A DNA stretch of 64,000 nt from Octopus vulgaris (lineage: Eukaryota), in NCBI GenBank assembly GCA_951406725.2, contig OX597832.1, forward strand, positions 24,366,001 through 24,430,000, read 5' to 3'. Both the position numbers and the translations under genes were made by a program. Under the pieces are notes generated by a model, which saw nothing but the letters and a program-made list of their open reading frames with translations, was not told the origin of the DNA and made no database searches. Positions 14,701-27,961 of this stretch are shown piece by piece (within the stretch, counting starts at the first letter, position 1; the number at the start of each line of letters is the position of its first letter).

Positions 14701-15344
14701 AGGTGCTTGCTTTGAAACTACGTGGTATTGAGTTCAGTCCCACTGTATGGCAGGTTTATGGCTTTGGGCCGACCAGTGCTTTGTGATTTGAATCTGGTTG
14801 GTGGAAACTTGTGTGGAAGCCTGTTGTAGGTATCTTCTATTGTTTATTTGGTTCAGTCATTTGACTGCAGCCATACTGGAGCACCGCCTTTAGGCGAACA
14901 AATTGACCCCAGGACTTATTCTTTGTAAGCCCAGTACTTATTCTATTGGTCTCTTTTGCCAAACTGCTAAGTTAAGGGGACGTAAACACACCAACATCGG
15001 TTGTCAAGCGATGGTGGTGGGAGGGGGACATACACACACACACACAAATATATACATGTATGTATATATACGCACACAGCGGGCTTCTTTCAGTTTCTGT
15101 CTACCAAATCTACTCACAAGGCTTTGGTTGGCCCAAGGTGCCATGCAGTGGGACTGTACCCGGAACCATGTGGTTGGGAAGCAAGCCTCTTACCACACAA
15201 CCACATATATATATATATATATATATATTCGATAGGTGAATGAATTATCCTATGTTTACCGTCAACCTGGAAAATTATCGTTTTGTTTACCATGTAGGCA
15301 GCCATAGCAATTTTTGTTTTGTCTTGTTGTTGAGAGAGGCTCCC

Positions 15345-15429
15345 TTTCTTTCCTGATGAGAAGATTGCATCATGCACCGTTTACTCCTTTGGAATAAAAC
15401 CATGTTGTCTTCGAAACATATGTCGAGAA
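15345..15429 (+). ncRNA. Type I hammerhead ribozyme motif, sense strand of a CDK8 intron
   Basis: tttc-CTGATGA(15353-59)-GAAGA..TCTTC-GAAA(15413-16)-CATATG-T-C-gaga; GUC site. Confidence 0.75.
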
Positions 15430-16452
15430 TAAAGGAATTTTGTTAACATCTTCCGTTCAATTCCTTTTATTTATTTATTCATTCATATATATATATATAT
15501 TTATTTATTCATGATGAGCTTCTTTCAGATTCTATCGACCAAATCTACTCATGAGGCTTTGGTTGGCCTCAGGCTATTGTAGAAGACACTTACCCAAGGT
15601 GCCATGCAGTAGGACTGAACCTGGAACCATGTGGTTCATAAGCAAGCTTCTTACCCCACAACCTCCTATATCATTATCATTTTTGATAATTATTGAGGAT
15701 TACTATTTTTATAAAAGAAAGGATTATCATCATTATTATTGTTATTATGGCGATGAACTGGCAAAATCATTAGCACGCTGGACGAAATGCTTAGCAGTAT
15801 TTTGCCTGTCGCTATGTTCTGAGTTCAAATTCCGCCGAAGTCGACTTTGCCTTTTCATCCTTTTGGGGTCGATAAAATAAGTACCAGTTGAACACTGGGG
15901 TCAATGTAATTGCTTCATCCCTTCCCCCAAAATTGCTACCCTTGTGGTAAAATTTGAAAACATTATTATTATCATTGAGGATTAGTTGGCAGAAACGTTA
16001 GCGCGCCGGACGAAATGCTAAATGGTATTTCGTCTGTTGTTACGTTCTGAGTTCAAATTCCGCCAAGGTCGACTTTGCCTTTCATCCTCTTGGGGTCGAT
16101 AAATAAAGTACCAGTTTCGCACTAGGTTGATGTAATCCCTTTTTCTGTCTTTGTTTCTCCCCTCTATGTTTAGCCCCTTGTGGGTAATAAAGAAATATAT
16201 TTCTATAACAGAAAGGATTATTATTATGGTAAATGGGCAGAATCCTTAGATGTCAGACAAAAGGGCCGTGCAGTGTTTCTTCCAACATCTTTTGTTCTGA
16301 ATTCAGATTTTACTGAGATTATCTCTATTTTATCAATCCCAGTGGGATGAAAGGTAAAGTCAACTACTGGGGTCCTCACCTTAAAATTGCTCTCCTTGTG
16401 CCCAAATTAGAAACAGCTTTTATTTATGTATTTATGTATTTTTTTTTATCAG

Positions 16453-16522
16453 AAAAAGATTGGGAGGATATAAAGAAAATGCCTGAGCATCCAACATTAA
16501 TGAAAGATTTCAAGAGATCAAA
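16453..16522 (+). CDS. CDK8: CDK8 exon 8 ([23 protein letters not shown])
   Basis: atcag/gtaagt boundaries, 70 bp, phase consistent with neighbours. Confidence 0.95.
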
Positions 16523-17945
16523 GTAAGTTGTGTTGGTTTTTATTTATTAATTGCATGGTTTCTGTGGAATTAAATGTCATCATCATCGTTTAACGTCCGC
16601 TTTCCATGCTGGCATGGGTTGGACAAATGACTGAGGGCTGGCGAGCCAGATGGCTGCACCAAACTTCAATCTTGATCTGGCAGAGTTTCTATATGCAGTT
16701 GGTACTCCTTTTCTTACTCAGTTGACCAAAGGGCCAAATCAACAAAGCTATGTCGATGGTTGGGGAAGCACGTGGCTTAGTGGTCAGGGCATTCGACTCA
16801 CAACAGTAAGGTCATGAGTTCAATTCCTGGTGTTTCGATTCCCGGTGGTGCCCTTGAGCAGGACACTTTTTCATCTTGCTCCAGTACACTCACCTAGCAA
16901 AAACGAGTGGTACCAGTAATTCAAAGGGCCAGTTTTGTGACATTCTGTGTTGCGCTGAATCTCTCCGAGTTAAGGGTACGTGTGTCTGCAGAGTGCTCAG
17001 CCACTTGTATAAGTTCACGAGCTGGCTGTTCCATTTGATCAGATCACCGGAACCCTCGTTGTCGTAATTGATGGAATACTCTTTTACTTGTTTCAGTCAT
17101 TTGACTGTGGCCATGCTGGAGCACCACCTTTTTTAGTCGAGCAAATCGACCCCAGGACTTATTCTTTGTAAGCCTAGTACCTATTCTATCGGTCTCTTTT
17201 GCCGAACTGCTAAGTTACGGGGACGTAAACACACCAGCATCGGTTGTCAAGCGATGTTGGGCGGACAAACACAGACACACAAACATACATATATACGGTG
17301 GGCTTCTTTCAGTTTCCGTCTACCAAACCACTCACAAGGCATTGGTCGGCCCAAGGTGCCACGCAGTGGGACTGAACCCGGAACCATGTGGTTGGTAAGC
17401 AAGCTACTTACCACACAGCCACTCCTTCGCCTGGAATGCCACGTTTTTTTTTTTTTATGTTGATGGTGAAAGAATCATTGCAAAGTAGTGTAGATACATC
17501 ATCATCATTTAACGTCCGTTTTCCGCGCTAGCACGGGTTGGACGGTTCGACCGGAGTCTGGGAAGCCAGGGCTGCACCAGGCTCCAGTCTGATCTGGCAG
17601 TATTTCTACAGCTGGATGCCCTTCCTAATGCCAACCACTCCGCGAGTGTAGTGGGTGCTTTTTACGTGCCACCTGCACAGGTGCCAGGAAGGTGTCTGGC
17701 ATCGGCCACGATTGGTTGGTGCTTTTAACGTGCCACCGGCACGGAAGCCAGACAAGGCGGCGCTGGCATCGGCCACATTCGGATGGTGCTTTTTACATGC
17801 CACCGGCACCAATATTGAAAATATTTTCGTCTTCAAAACATTTCCAAAAATAAAGTTAATTATCCAGAAGATTTTAATTTATAGTTTGATCTTTATTCAA
17901 TCCAAAATTTTCTCTCATTTTTTTCCCCAAATTTTCTTCTTACAG

Positions 17946-18018
17946 CTATGTCAACTGTAATTTGATCAAGTATATGGAAAAACATAAGATCAAGCCAGAC
18001 AGTAAAGCCTTTTTGTTG
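17946..18018 (+). CDS. CDK8: CDK8 exon 9 ([24 protein letters not shown])
   Basis: tacag/gtaagt boundaries, 73 bp. Confidence 0.95.
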
Positions 18019-18889
18019 GTAAGTATTCTCCTTTCCTTTTTATATTGTACAGAACACATTACAGGCAAAGGGCAGAATTGTTTGGTGAAGGAGCTTGCTT
18101 CCCTGCCATGTTGTGTTGGGTTCTGTCTCACTGTGTTCTACCTATTTCTTTATTACCCATTTCTTTATTACCCACAAGGGGCTAAACATAGAAGGGACAA
18201 ACAAAGACAGACAGACAGGTATTAAGTCGATTACATTGACCCCAGTGCGTAACTGGTACTTAATTTATTGACCCCGAAAGGATGAAAGGCAAAGTCGACC
18301 TCGGCAGAATTTGAACTCACAACGTAACGGCAGACGAAATACCGCAAAGCATTTCGCCCGGCGTGCTAACGTTTCTGCCAGCTCGCCGCCTTTTCTTTAT
18401 TTCTTTATTACCCACAAGGGGCTAAACACAGGAGGGACAGACAAACGGATGAAGTCGATTACATCGACCCCAGTGCTTACCAATCCTGGTCAAACCGTCC
18501 AACACATGCCAGCATGGACAACGGATGTTAGATGATGGTGATAGTTCCTTTGTTTCGAGTTCAAATCCCACCAAAGTCAGCTTTGTTTTTCAGTTCTTCT
18601 GGGGTTGCTAAAATAAAGATATTAATACAGAGTTGTGGATTTATGGATTTGTTAAAGCATTGGACAAAATGTATTGCAATATTTATTGTGGATCTGTTCT
18701 GAGATCCTAGACTTTAAAAAAAAAATAACCCCAAAAAACTAGTGATTCTGTTCAGAGCTGAACAGCTCATGAATTACTTGTGACGCAAGCAATAAAGACT
18801 TGAAGGGTGGTTAAATGGTTAATTAAATTAGGGAGATGTGTTCATAACACATCTAAGTTTATGCCCCAAATTATAGACAAAAGATAGAT

Positions 18890-19363
18890 ACACACACACA
18901 TGCACACACTCACACACACACATGCACACACTCACACACACACATGCACACACTCACACACACACATGCACACACTCACACACACACATGCACACACTCA
19001 CACACACACATGCACACACTCACACACACACATGCACACACTCACACACACACATGCACACACTCACACACACACACATGCACACACTCACACACACACA
19101 TGCACACACATACACACACACACATGCACACACTCACACACACATGCACACACTCACACACACACATGCACACACTCACACACACACATGCACACACACA
19201 CACATGCACACACACACACACACACACATGCACACACACATGCACACACATGCACACACACACACATGCACACACACACACACATGCACACGCACACGCA
19301 CACGCACACACAAATGCACACGCACACACAAATGCACACACAAATGCACACACACACACACAC
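18890..19363. repeat. (CA)n-derived microsatellite with a 22-bp higher-order unit (catgcacacactcacacacaca)
   Basis: Direct reading; ends about 45 nt before CDK8 exon 10. Confidence 0.95.
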
Positions 19364-19409
19364 GTAGTTGACCTTTGGTTTCATTTGTTTTTTTTGTTTT
19401 TATTTGCAG

Positions 19410-19507
19410 CTACAAAAATTATTGACGATGGATCCAACGAAACGTATAACTTCAGAGCAAGCTATGAAAGATTCTTACTTTTCTGAAGATCCACTGCCTT
19501 CACAAGA
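19410..19507 (+). CDS. CDK8: CDK8 exon 10 ([32 protein letters not shown])
   Basis: tgcag/gtgagt boundaries, 98 bp, kinase subdomain XI. Confidence 0.95.
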
Positions 19508-20086
19508 GTGAGTATTTGACAGAGACACAGGCAAAGTCTCGCTTTGTCTCTCATCATCATCATCATTTCATGTGCAATTTCTTTCCCCCTCTAAGATTTA
19601 TGGGCCAAACAGGTCTTTCCCATTACATTGTCTTACCATTTGTGGTCCTTTGTAATCTCTGGAGTTCAACCTCTTGAGGTCAGCTTTCATAGCATTTCTC
19701 CCCTGTCTTTTTCTTGGCCTTCCACTTTCTGCAGATTCCTTTCACTTGGTTGCCATGGTATTCCTTTACCAAACTGTTATCTTCCATGCCTCACACATTA
19801 TTACAAACACTTGTCGTTGCTCAGTTTTTCTCTGTTCATTTATGGTTTGTTTTTCTGGTATATAAGTTATATATATATATATATATTTCACAGGAGTATG
19901 AATGCATGCGTGTGCACACACACATGCACACACGTTTAATAAATATCATGGTTATGATCATGTAACGTCTGTTGTCCATGCTGGCAGGGGTTGGACGGTT
20001 TGGCCAGGGCTGGTAAGCCGAGGGGCTGCACCAGACTCTCGTCTGATTTGGCATGGTTTATGAAACTCTAGACATTACAAGAACAA

Positions 20087-20468
20087 TATGTGTGTGTGTG
20101 TGTGTGCACAATCATATGTATGTGAAATGTGTGTGTGTGCATGTATGTATGTATGTATGTGTTTGTGTATATGTGTGTGTGTTTGTGTATGTATGTGTGT
20201 TTGTGTGTATATATGTATGTGTGTGTTTGTGTGTATATGTATGTGTGTGTTTGTGTGTATATGTATGTGTGTGTTTGTGTGTATATGTATGTGCGTTTGT
20301 GTATGTGTTTGTGTATATGTGTGTGTTTGTGTGTATATATGTGTGTTTGTGTGTATATATGTTTGTGTGTATATATGTATGCATGTGTTTGTGTGTGTGT
20401 ATATATGTATGTGTATTTGTGTGTATATGTGTATGTATGTGTGTATGTATGTGTGTTTGTGTGTGTAT
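20087..20468. repeat. Degenerate (TG)n microsatellite
   Basis: Direct reading. Confidence 0.95.
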
Positions 20469-20591
20469 TTTAATAATGCGTTTGCTGAACACCTTCCAAC
20501 CCTTACACAACAACCGTTTCCCTGTCCAGACCATTTCCAACCTCTCTCCCTGTCTCACTGAATATTATTATTATGTTGTTGTTTTTTCCAG

Positions 20592-20694
20592 TGTGTTCGA
20601 GGGCATGCCGATCCCTTATCCGAAAAGGGAGTTCCTTACTGGGGATGACAATGATGATAAAGCAGACACCGGGGCCAGCAAGGTTGGTGACAAA
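20592..20694 (+). CDS. CDK8: CDK8 exon 11 (VFEGMPIPYPKREFLTGDDNDDKADTGASK[VGDK])
   Basis: ccag acceptor; IPYPKREFL motif; two in-frame candidate donors, after 20682 and after 20694. Confidence 0.9.
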
Positions 20695-22858
20695 GTAAGG
20701 GTTCACTATGAATATCTTTTATTTTGTTTTATTTTATTAATTTTTTTTCTCTATTTGTTCATTGTTTTTGTTTTAAACATAAGTGCCATCATCATCTGTA
20801 ATATTGTCGAGGGTGATATCTTTTATTGTTTGTTTGTTTCAGTCATTGGACTGTGGCCATGCTGAGGCACCACCTCAGCGTTTAAGTGAACAAATTGACT
20901 CCAGTACTTTTTTAGTCTCTTTTGCTCCCCCGTGCCAGTGGCACGTAAAAAGCACCATCCGATCGTGGCCATTTGCCAGCCTCGCCTAGCCCCGTGCCGG
21001 TGGCACGTAAAAATCACCCACTACACTCACGGAGTGGTTGGCGTTTTGAAGGGCATCCAGCCGTAGAAACATTGCCGGATCAGACTGGGCCTGGTGCTGC
21101 CTTCTGGCTTCCCAGACCCCAGTTGAACCGTCTAACCCATTCTAGCATGGAAAGCGGATGCTAAACGAAGATGATGATGATAAAAATATATATTTAATAT
21201 GGGATAAAATTTTGTCAGTGGCCAGCATATTAAAAAATACCTTTTAAGGTAAAAATTATAAAAATATGCCGAGAAATAGACTTTAAATCGTTAATAACTA
21301 CATATAATTCATCACTAAAAGCACGCATCTCGAAGCAAGCTGAAAGAAATTTATTAAAAATTCTGTTATTACCGAATCGATCCAATTTCTGAGTTAATTC
21401 AAAGAATTTTCTTGTCATCAGTAGTAAATACGTTAAGAAATAAGTGAAATACTTACTTGCACTCATGGAAGAAGCAGACACAAAGTTATGTGTGCACTTA
21501 AGTACCCCAAATATATCTAAATAGAAATTTTGCAGCACACCTTGAGACACATGTGATCAGACTGAAAATTCTCATAGAGTAAGAGATGGTCCAGTTATTG
21601 ACGATTTAAAGTCTATTTCTCGGCGTATTTGGCATAGGGGTTTCTTTCTTTTGCCCTAAAATGGACATTAAACGATGATGATATATATATATACATGGAA
21701 TCAGGATACAGGATTAGATCAGGGGTTCTCAACTGGGGTCCATATAGTTCCTAAGGGTCTGCATCAGATTTTTGGGAGTTCACACAGCAAAATAGTAATT
21801 GGGGATCCACAGGAGTATTTTAAGGGCCTCTAAAAAATTTTGGTTTTGATGTATTTATTGGTAAGTATTGCAAGAAACAGCTGGGTTTTTTTCTCTAACA
21901 TTTTACATAGTTCAACCTAGACAAGTTAATGGGTGAAAAACAAAATAGGAAGTTTGAAGTTTCTATAAAACTAGTTTTTAAGTTAAGTTAATTTTTTGGC
22001 TCAAAAAGCAAGGCCAAGTAGGGGGACATGGAGTTATGTACAGAGTGGTGTTCATGCAAAGAGTTCAGGCCATTTCTGGTCCAGAGAGACTTTGAACCGA
22101 GCGGTCGTCGGCATCTTCACTATCTCATCCGGCAGCTTATTCCATGGATCCGCAACCCGGACGGAGAAAGCCCCTCTCCTTCGATTGAGATGAAATCGTC
22201 GCAGATAGAGCTTATGGAATGTCTATGAGGGTCCGCCAGAACAAAATAGTATTCAAAGGGTTCTATAGATAAAAAAAAAAAAATTGTCAAGAGTGGGTGT
22301 GTGGTAGGTAGCTTGCTAACCAACCACATGGTTCCGGGTTCAGTCCCACTGCGTGGCATCTTGGGCAAGTGTCTTCTGCTATAGCCCCGGGCCGACCAAT
22401 GCCTTGTGAGTGGATTTGGTAGACAGAAACTGAAAGAAGCCCGTCGTATATGTGTGTATATATATATATATATATGTGTGTGTGTCTGTGTTTGTCCCCT
22501 AGCATTGCTTGACAACCGATGCTGGTGTGTTTACGTCCCTGTCACTTAGCGGTTCGGCAAAACAGACTGATAGAATAAGTACTGGGCTTACAAAAAGAAT
22601 AAGTCCTGGGGTCGGTTTGCTCGACCAAAGGCGGTGCTCCAGCATGGCCGCAGTCAAATGACTGAAACAAGTAAAAGAGTAACCCGTGGACTTAGATGCT
22701 TTGTGGTATTGGTTCTGGTCCTCTGTTTTCCGAGTTCAACTCCTGCCAGGGCTTGCATGTGTGGTGAACTTAATCCATGAACCTCTTTCTCCTCCTTTTT
22801 TTCTGTTTCCCCTCAGCCCTCTATCCACTCCTAATTGTTATTTTTTTTTACCTCACAG

Positions 22859-22975
22859 CAAGCAGCCGCTGCTGATCAGTCATCTAGTCACAACCAACCT
22901 CCATCAAAACGGGTAAGAGTTATTCCCCCTGTCACCACGACAGGGGGCAGTACTATAGGAACTTCAGATTATCAG
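22859..22975 (+). CDS. CDK8: CDK8 exon 12 (QAAAADQSSSHNQPPSKRVRVIPPVTTTGGSTIGTSDYQ)
   Basis: cacag/gtaaag boundaries; resembles the vertebrate CDK8 tail PPLKKVRVVPP...TSDYQ (recalled). Confidence 0.88.
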
Positions 22976-23816
22976 GTAAAGGTCAGCTACTTCACTTTTT
23001 ATCCATTTTATTTTATTTCATTTATGAAATTTCCTTTGTATTAATAAAATGAATGTATTTTTAAGTTTGTGTATTACACTCTCGGAGTGGTTGGCGTTAG
23101 GAAGGGCATCCAGCTGTAGAAACACTGCCAGATCTGACTGGTCTGGTGCAGCCTTCGGGCTTCCCAGACCCCAGTTGAACCGTCCAACCCATGCTAGCAT
23201 GGAAAGCGGACGTTAAACGATGATGATGATGATGATGTATTAGATGAGATTTAATTAAAGCAATTTAAATTGGTGCAGGCGTGGCTTTGTGGTAAGCAGT
23301 TTACTTCCCAACCACATGGTTCCGGGTTCAGTCCCACTGCATGGCACCTTGGACAAAAGTGTCTTCTACTATAGTAGCCTTGGGCCAACCAAATCCTTGT
23401 GAGTGGATTTGGTAGATGGAACTTGAAAGAAGCCAGTTGTATAGAATATCACGTGATCACGTGACCGACCAGTCCATCAGATGTAGTTACACATCGCTGG
23501 TCACAATGCGTTCGCATTGTTTTAGCCTTCGAATAACGCCACCCCGCTGGCTAAGCGAGCAGGCCAACAGAAGAAAGAGTGGTGAAAGAGTACAGCAGAG
23601 ATCACCACCCCCCTGCCGGAGCCTCGTGGAGGTTTTAGGTGTTTTCGCTCAATAAACACTCACAATGCCCAGTCTGGGAATCAAAACCGCATTCCTACGA
23701 CCGCAAGTCCGCTGCCCTAACCACTGGGCCATTGCGCCTCCATGTATAGAATATATATTTATGTGTGTGTCTTTGTGTCTGTCTCCCACCAACATTGCTT
23801 GACAACTGGCATGTTT

Positions 23817-24175
23817 GAGAGGGCCACTATAAATAGCAGTGGCCCTAAGACGGTGCCCTGTGGAACACCACTTACGATTTGTGTTTCCTTTGCGGTGGCT
23901 CCATTGGCCACCACTGCCTGTCGCCTACCTTTTAGAGAGTCGTGTAGCCACTCTCCAAGTTTTCCGACTAAGCTGAGATCACGCAGTTTGACATATCATA
24001 CCTTGGTCATCTTTACCAAAGGCTTTTGCAAAGTTGAGATATATCACATCCACACTTGAGTTGTTTAGCAGCTGTTTTAAGACCCAACCATAGTGTTGCA
24101 AGAGCTGTGTCAGGCAGCTTCTACCTGGTCGAAGTGCATGCTGGGTGTCAGTCAACAAGTCATTTTCTTCAAGGA
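23817..24175 (-). mobile_element. CR1-like RT fragment
   Basis: Minus strand QHALRPGRSCLTQLL..DVIYLNFAKAF..GVPQGTVLGPLLF. Confidence 0.75.
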
Positions 24176-26074
24176 AATACTCTTCTGTATTTTTGGGATG
24201 TCTTCAGGTTGTCACTCATGCTTTGCAGGTAAATGATGGAAAATGTGCTAGGCTAGCTGTGTATGTATGTATGTATGTACGTATTTTATTCCTTTATGTT
24301 TCTGTTTACCTCACGGAGTGGTTGGCGTTAGGAAGGGCATCCAGCCATAGAAACACTGCCAGATCAGACTGGGCCTGATGCAGCCTTCTGGCTTCACAGA
24401 CCCCAGTTGAACCGTCTAACCCATGCTAGCATGGAAAACGGACGTTAAACGATGATGATGTTTGTCATTTGTCTGCGGCCAAATATACATATATATATAT
24501 ATATGTATGTGTGTTTGTTCCCCTAGCATTGCCTGACAACCGATGCTGGTGTGTTTGTCCCCGTAACTTAGCGGTTCGGCAAAAGAGACCGATAGAATAA
24601 GTACTGGGCTTACAAAGAATAAGTTCCGGTGTCGATTTGCTCGACTAAAGGCGGTACTCCAGCATGGACGCAGTCAAATGACTGAAACAAGTAAAAGAGT
24701 AAAGAGAGTAAAGAGTCCATCTAAAAACGAAATAAGTTTTGTGTCTCAACTGAAAATATTCTTGGAAGGGAGATAACTCTGTTAAACCATGAATGAAAAG
24801 GAATCTTCCAAATTATTTCTCATTGCTTTGCCTTTAACTTGTGATGTTATTTTTGCATAATGTATTGACAGGCACATGTGTAGTTTTGAATGTGGAGCCA
24901 GCATGCTATATTGATACAAGGGTCTTAGAAAACCTAGTCAGCATTAATGTTTCATGTAATGTCTGTATGTTTTGTGAGATTGGCAGACGTCAATTACAGG
25001 AGCATCGAGGCCTGTTATATGAACAAATGCCACTGATCTCATTTGTTTGTGTTACTCACCAAAAATACACGAAGAGAGATGGGGTCCTTCACATATACCA
25101 GCGTGCAATTACTATGTACATTGGTTTGTCTTGGTATAAAAGAGGGGCTACAGCAAGTATTCTGCTCAATACCTATTTCTTTACTACCCACAAGGGGCTA
25201 AACACAGAGAGGACAAACAAACGGATTAAGTCGATTTTACCGACCCCAGTGAATAACTGGTACTTATTTAAACGACCCCCGAAAGGATGAAAGGCAAAGT
25301 CGACCTCGGCAGAATTTGAACTCAGAACGTAACGGCAGATGAAATACCTATTTCTTTACTATCCACAAGGGGCTAAACACAGAGGGGACAAACAAGGACA
25401 GACAAATGGATTAAGTCGATTACATCGACACCAGTGCATAACTGGTACTTAATTTATCGACCCCGAAAAGGATGAAAGGCAAAGTCGACCTCGGCGGAAT
25501 TTGAACTCGCAACGTAGTGGCAGACGAAATACCGCTAAGCATTTCGCCCGGCATGCTAACGTTTCTACCAGCTCACCGCCTTACTGCTCAATACCACGGA
25601 TTTGCTTGTCAGTTGTTTGACCTTAATCAGTTGAGCATGTCCCTTAGTGGCTGACGATATGTGCACCTCTGACCATGAGCAGAAGTAGTGGGGGAGCATC
25701 ATAGCCATGTGTTGAGAGGGATTCATAGAGGTTTGGATAATTCACCTCTGGAAACATGGGTGGTTCTTTCAACATCCTTAAACAACCCTTATTCAGGGAC
25801 CTTTTGAGTGGGATGGGCTACTCTACCTGAAGAAAATTCTAACTGGGCCCCACCTGAAAGGTCATGCACTGTTTATCTTAATACGAGATCACCATGTCGC
25901 GCACAAGTGGTTGTGATGCATGTGCCTGGTGTACCCTTATCACATGGGTAGTCGTGATTGGTATATTGAGTTTTGTATAATTGTACCCCAGTGTCACTTT
26001 GATGGCATGTGCTACTCTCTTAATAATAATAATAATAATAATGATGTCTTTTTGTTTCATTTGTTTTCTTGTAG

Positions 26075-26185
26075 CATGTTCACAACATTCAAGGAGGAAA
26101 CCAGCAACAGACTGGCATTACAATGTCCACAGGCAATACCTCACAGACTTCAAGTTCAATAGTGTATGGACAGTCCAGATTTTAG
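26075..26185 (+). CDS. CDK8: CDK8 probable last coding exon (HVHNIQGGNQQQTGITMSTGNTSQTSSSIVYGQSRF*)
   Basis: Polypyrimidine tract plus gtag acceptor, phase 0, Q/S/T-rich tail ending in TAG, followed by non-repeat UTR-like sequence; homology is weak. Confidence 0.7.
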   Translation, partial: HVHNIQGGNQQQTGITMSTGNTSQTSSSIVYGQSRF

Positions 26186-27928
26186 AACCAGGTTGACAGA
26201 TAGATAGAAAGACATGTGCACACGTCCCATTTTAGAAACTGCGTTTCGTATGTCAGCCGTCAACAGTGACCCGTTTCTTTTGAGATCATTGTTGAACTGA
26301 CCGCATGTGCTTGCTGTGTCTGTCTGTCTGTTTGTCCGATACATCTGGGTCTAGTTTTCTGGTACGATTCGATGACCAGTAACACCTGTTTCTACCGACC
26401 ATCGCTGTTGGCAGTCGACCCTGCCGGGGAAATAGCCATGTAACCGTTCAGAAATACACCATTGAGATCCTATACAACTGCTAGGGTCAGGTTGCCGTTT
26501 TGCTTTCGTGCTCGACAGTGACTTCTTGGAGGAAATGGTAATAGCTCAGCATCGATGCCCCAAAGATTACAAATATCAACAGAAAATGCGGAACAACTAC
26601 AAACACCACAAACATCAGGAACAACAACAACAACAATAGTAAGGAAACAACAACAGAGGCCAAACAGTTTAACCAAATCAAAAGGAAAATTAAGATAATT
26701 CTTTACTAATTCTACTCGTACACAAAAGGATAAACTCAACAGACACCTAATGAGACACACACTATGTAGAAACATCACCTAGAAGGCAGTTGACAATTAT
26801 AAACCTTATTATTAGCAACAAGAGCAACAGCAGCAGTTGCCATCATTGTCATCCTCTTCACCTCTCATTTTTATCATCATTAAATACATTTGACCTTAAC
26901 CTGACCACAATCACAAGATCAGCAGCAGCAGCCAGAAGTAATGAAAGGAAAAAAAAAAAAAATTATATAAAAAAAAAATTCCATTTTTTTTTTTTTTTTT
27001 TTTGAGTAACATCCCTCCTTTTAGAAAAAATAAATTTAAACTTAAAAGAAAAAAAAAAACATTTGTGTTGGCAACAACAACAACAGCAAAAAAAGGAAAA
27101 AAAACAAGACATGTAACATGTACACAAACACACATACCTAAATGCATACATGCGCACACACACGTTTATATATGCTTACGCTCACACAAACACTTAGATG
27201 AAAAAAAAAAAGGAATAAAAGATATGTAAAAAAAAATAGAAAAAAATTTTTAAACAAAAAGTTGAAAAATACTGCAAATAATTTTTATTTTTATTTTTTA
27301 CCTTTTCATTTTTCAATTACAATAATATCCAAGAAATCTTCAAAAATTTAAGCATGTATATATGTTTTTAAGTAGATACGTACATATACATATATATTGT
27401 ATATGTTTATCTGTACATATGAATATACACAGCTATATATATTTTATATACATGCCAGCACAGCCTGACTGGCGTCTGTGTCGGTGACACATATAAAGCA
27501 CCAACCGATTGTGGTCGTTTGCCAGCCTCTTCTGGCCCCTGTGTCAGTGGCGTGTAAAAAGCACCCACTACACTCATTGAGTGGTTGGCGTTAGGAAGGG
27601 CATCCAGCTGTAGAAACACTGCCAGATCAGACTGGAGCCTGGTGCAGCCTTCTGGTTTCCCAGACCCCGATCGAACCGTCCAACCCATGCTAGCATGGAA
27701 AACGGACGTTAAACGATAATGATATGTATATTTTATCTACACAGGATATATATGTAAAAAGGATGCATTACAATCTAGGAGTGGTTGGCATTAGGAAGGG
27801 CATCCAGTCATAGAAGCCATGCCAAATGAGACTGGAATGTGGTGCAGCGTTCCAGTTAAACTGTCTTGCCCATGCCAACATGGAAAGTAGATGTTAAATG
27901 ATGTGTCTACCACGCACGCACACACATA

Positions 27929-27961
<33 letters not shown>

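Noticed and set aside
22817-22858. Upstream alternative acceptor (cctcag) for CDK8 exon 12
   Set aside because: Introduces an in-frame TAA after five codons
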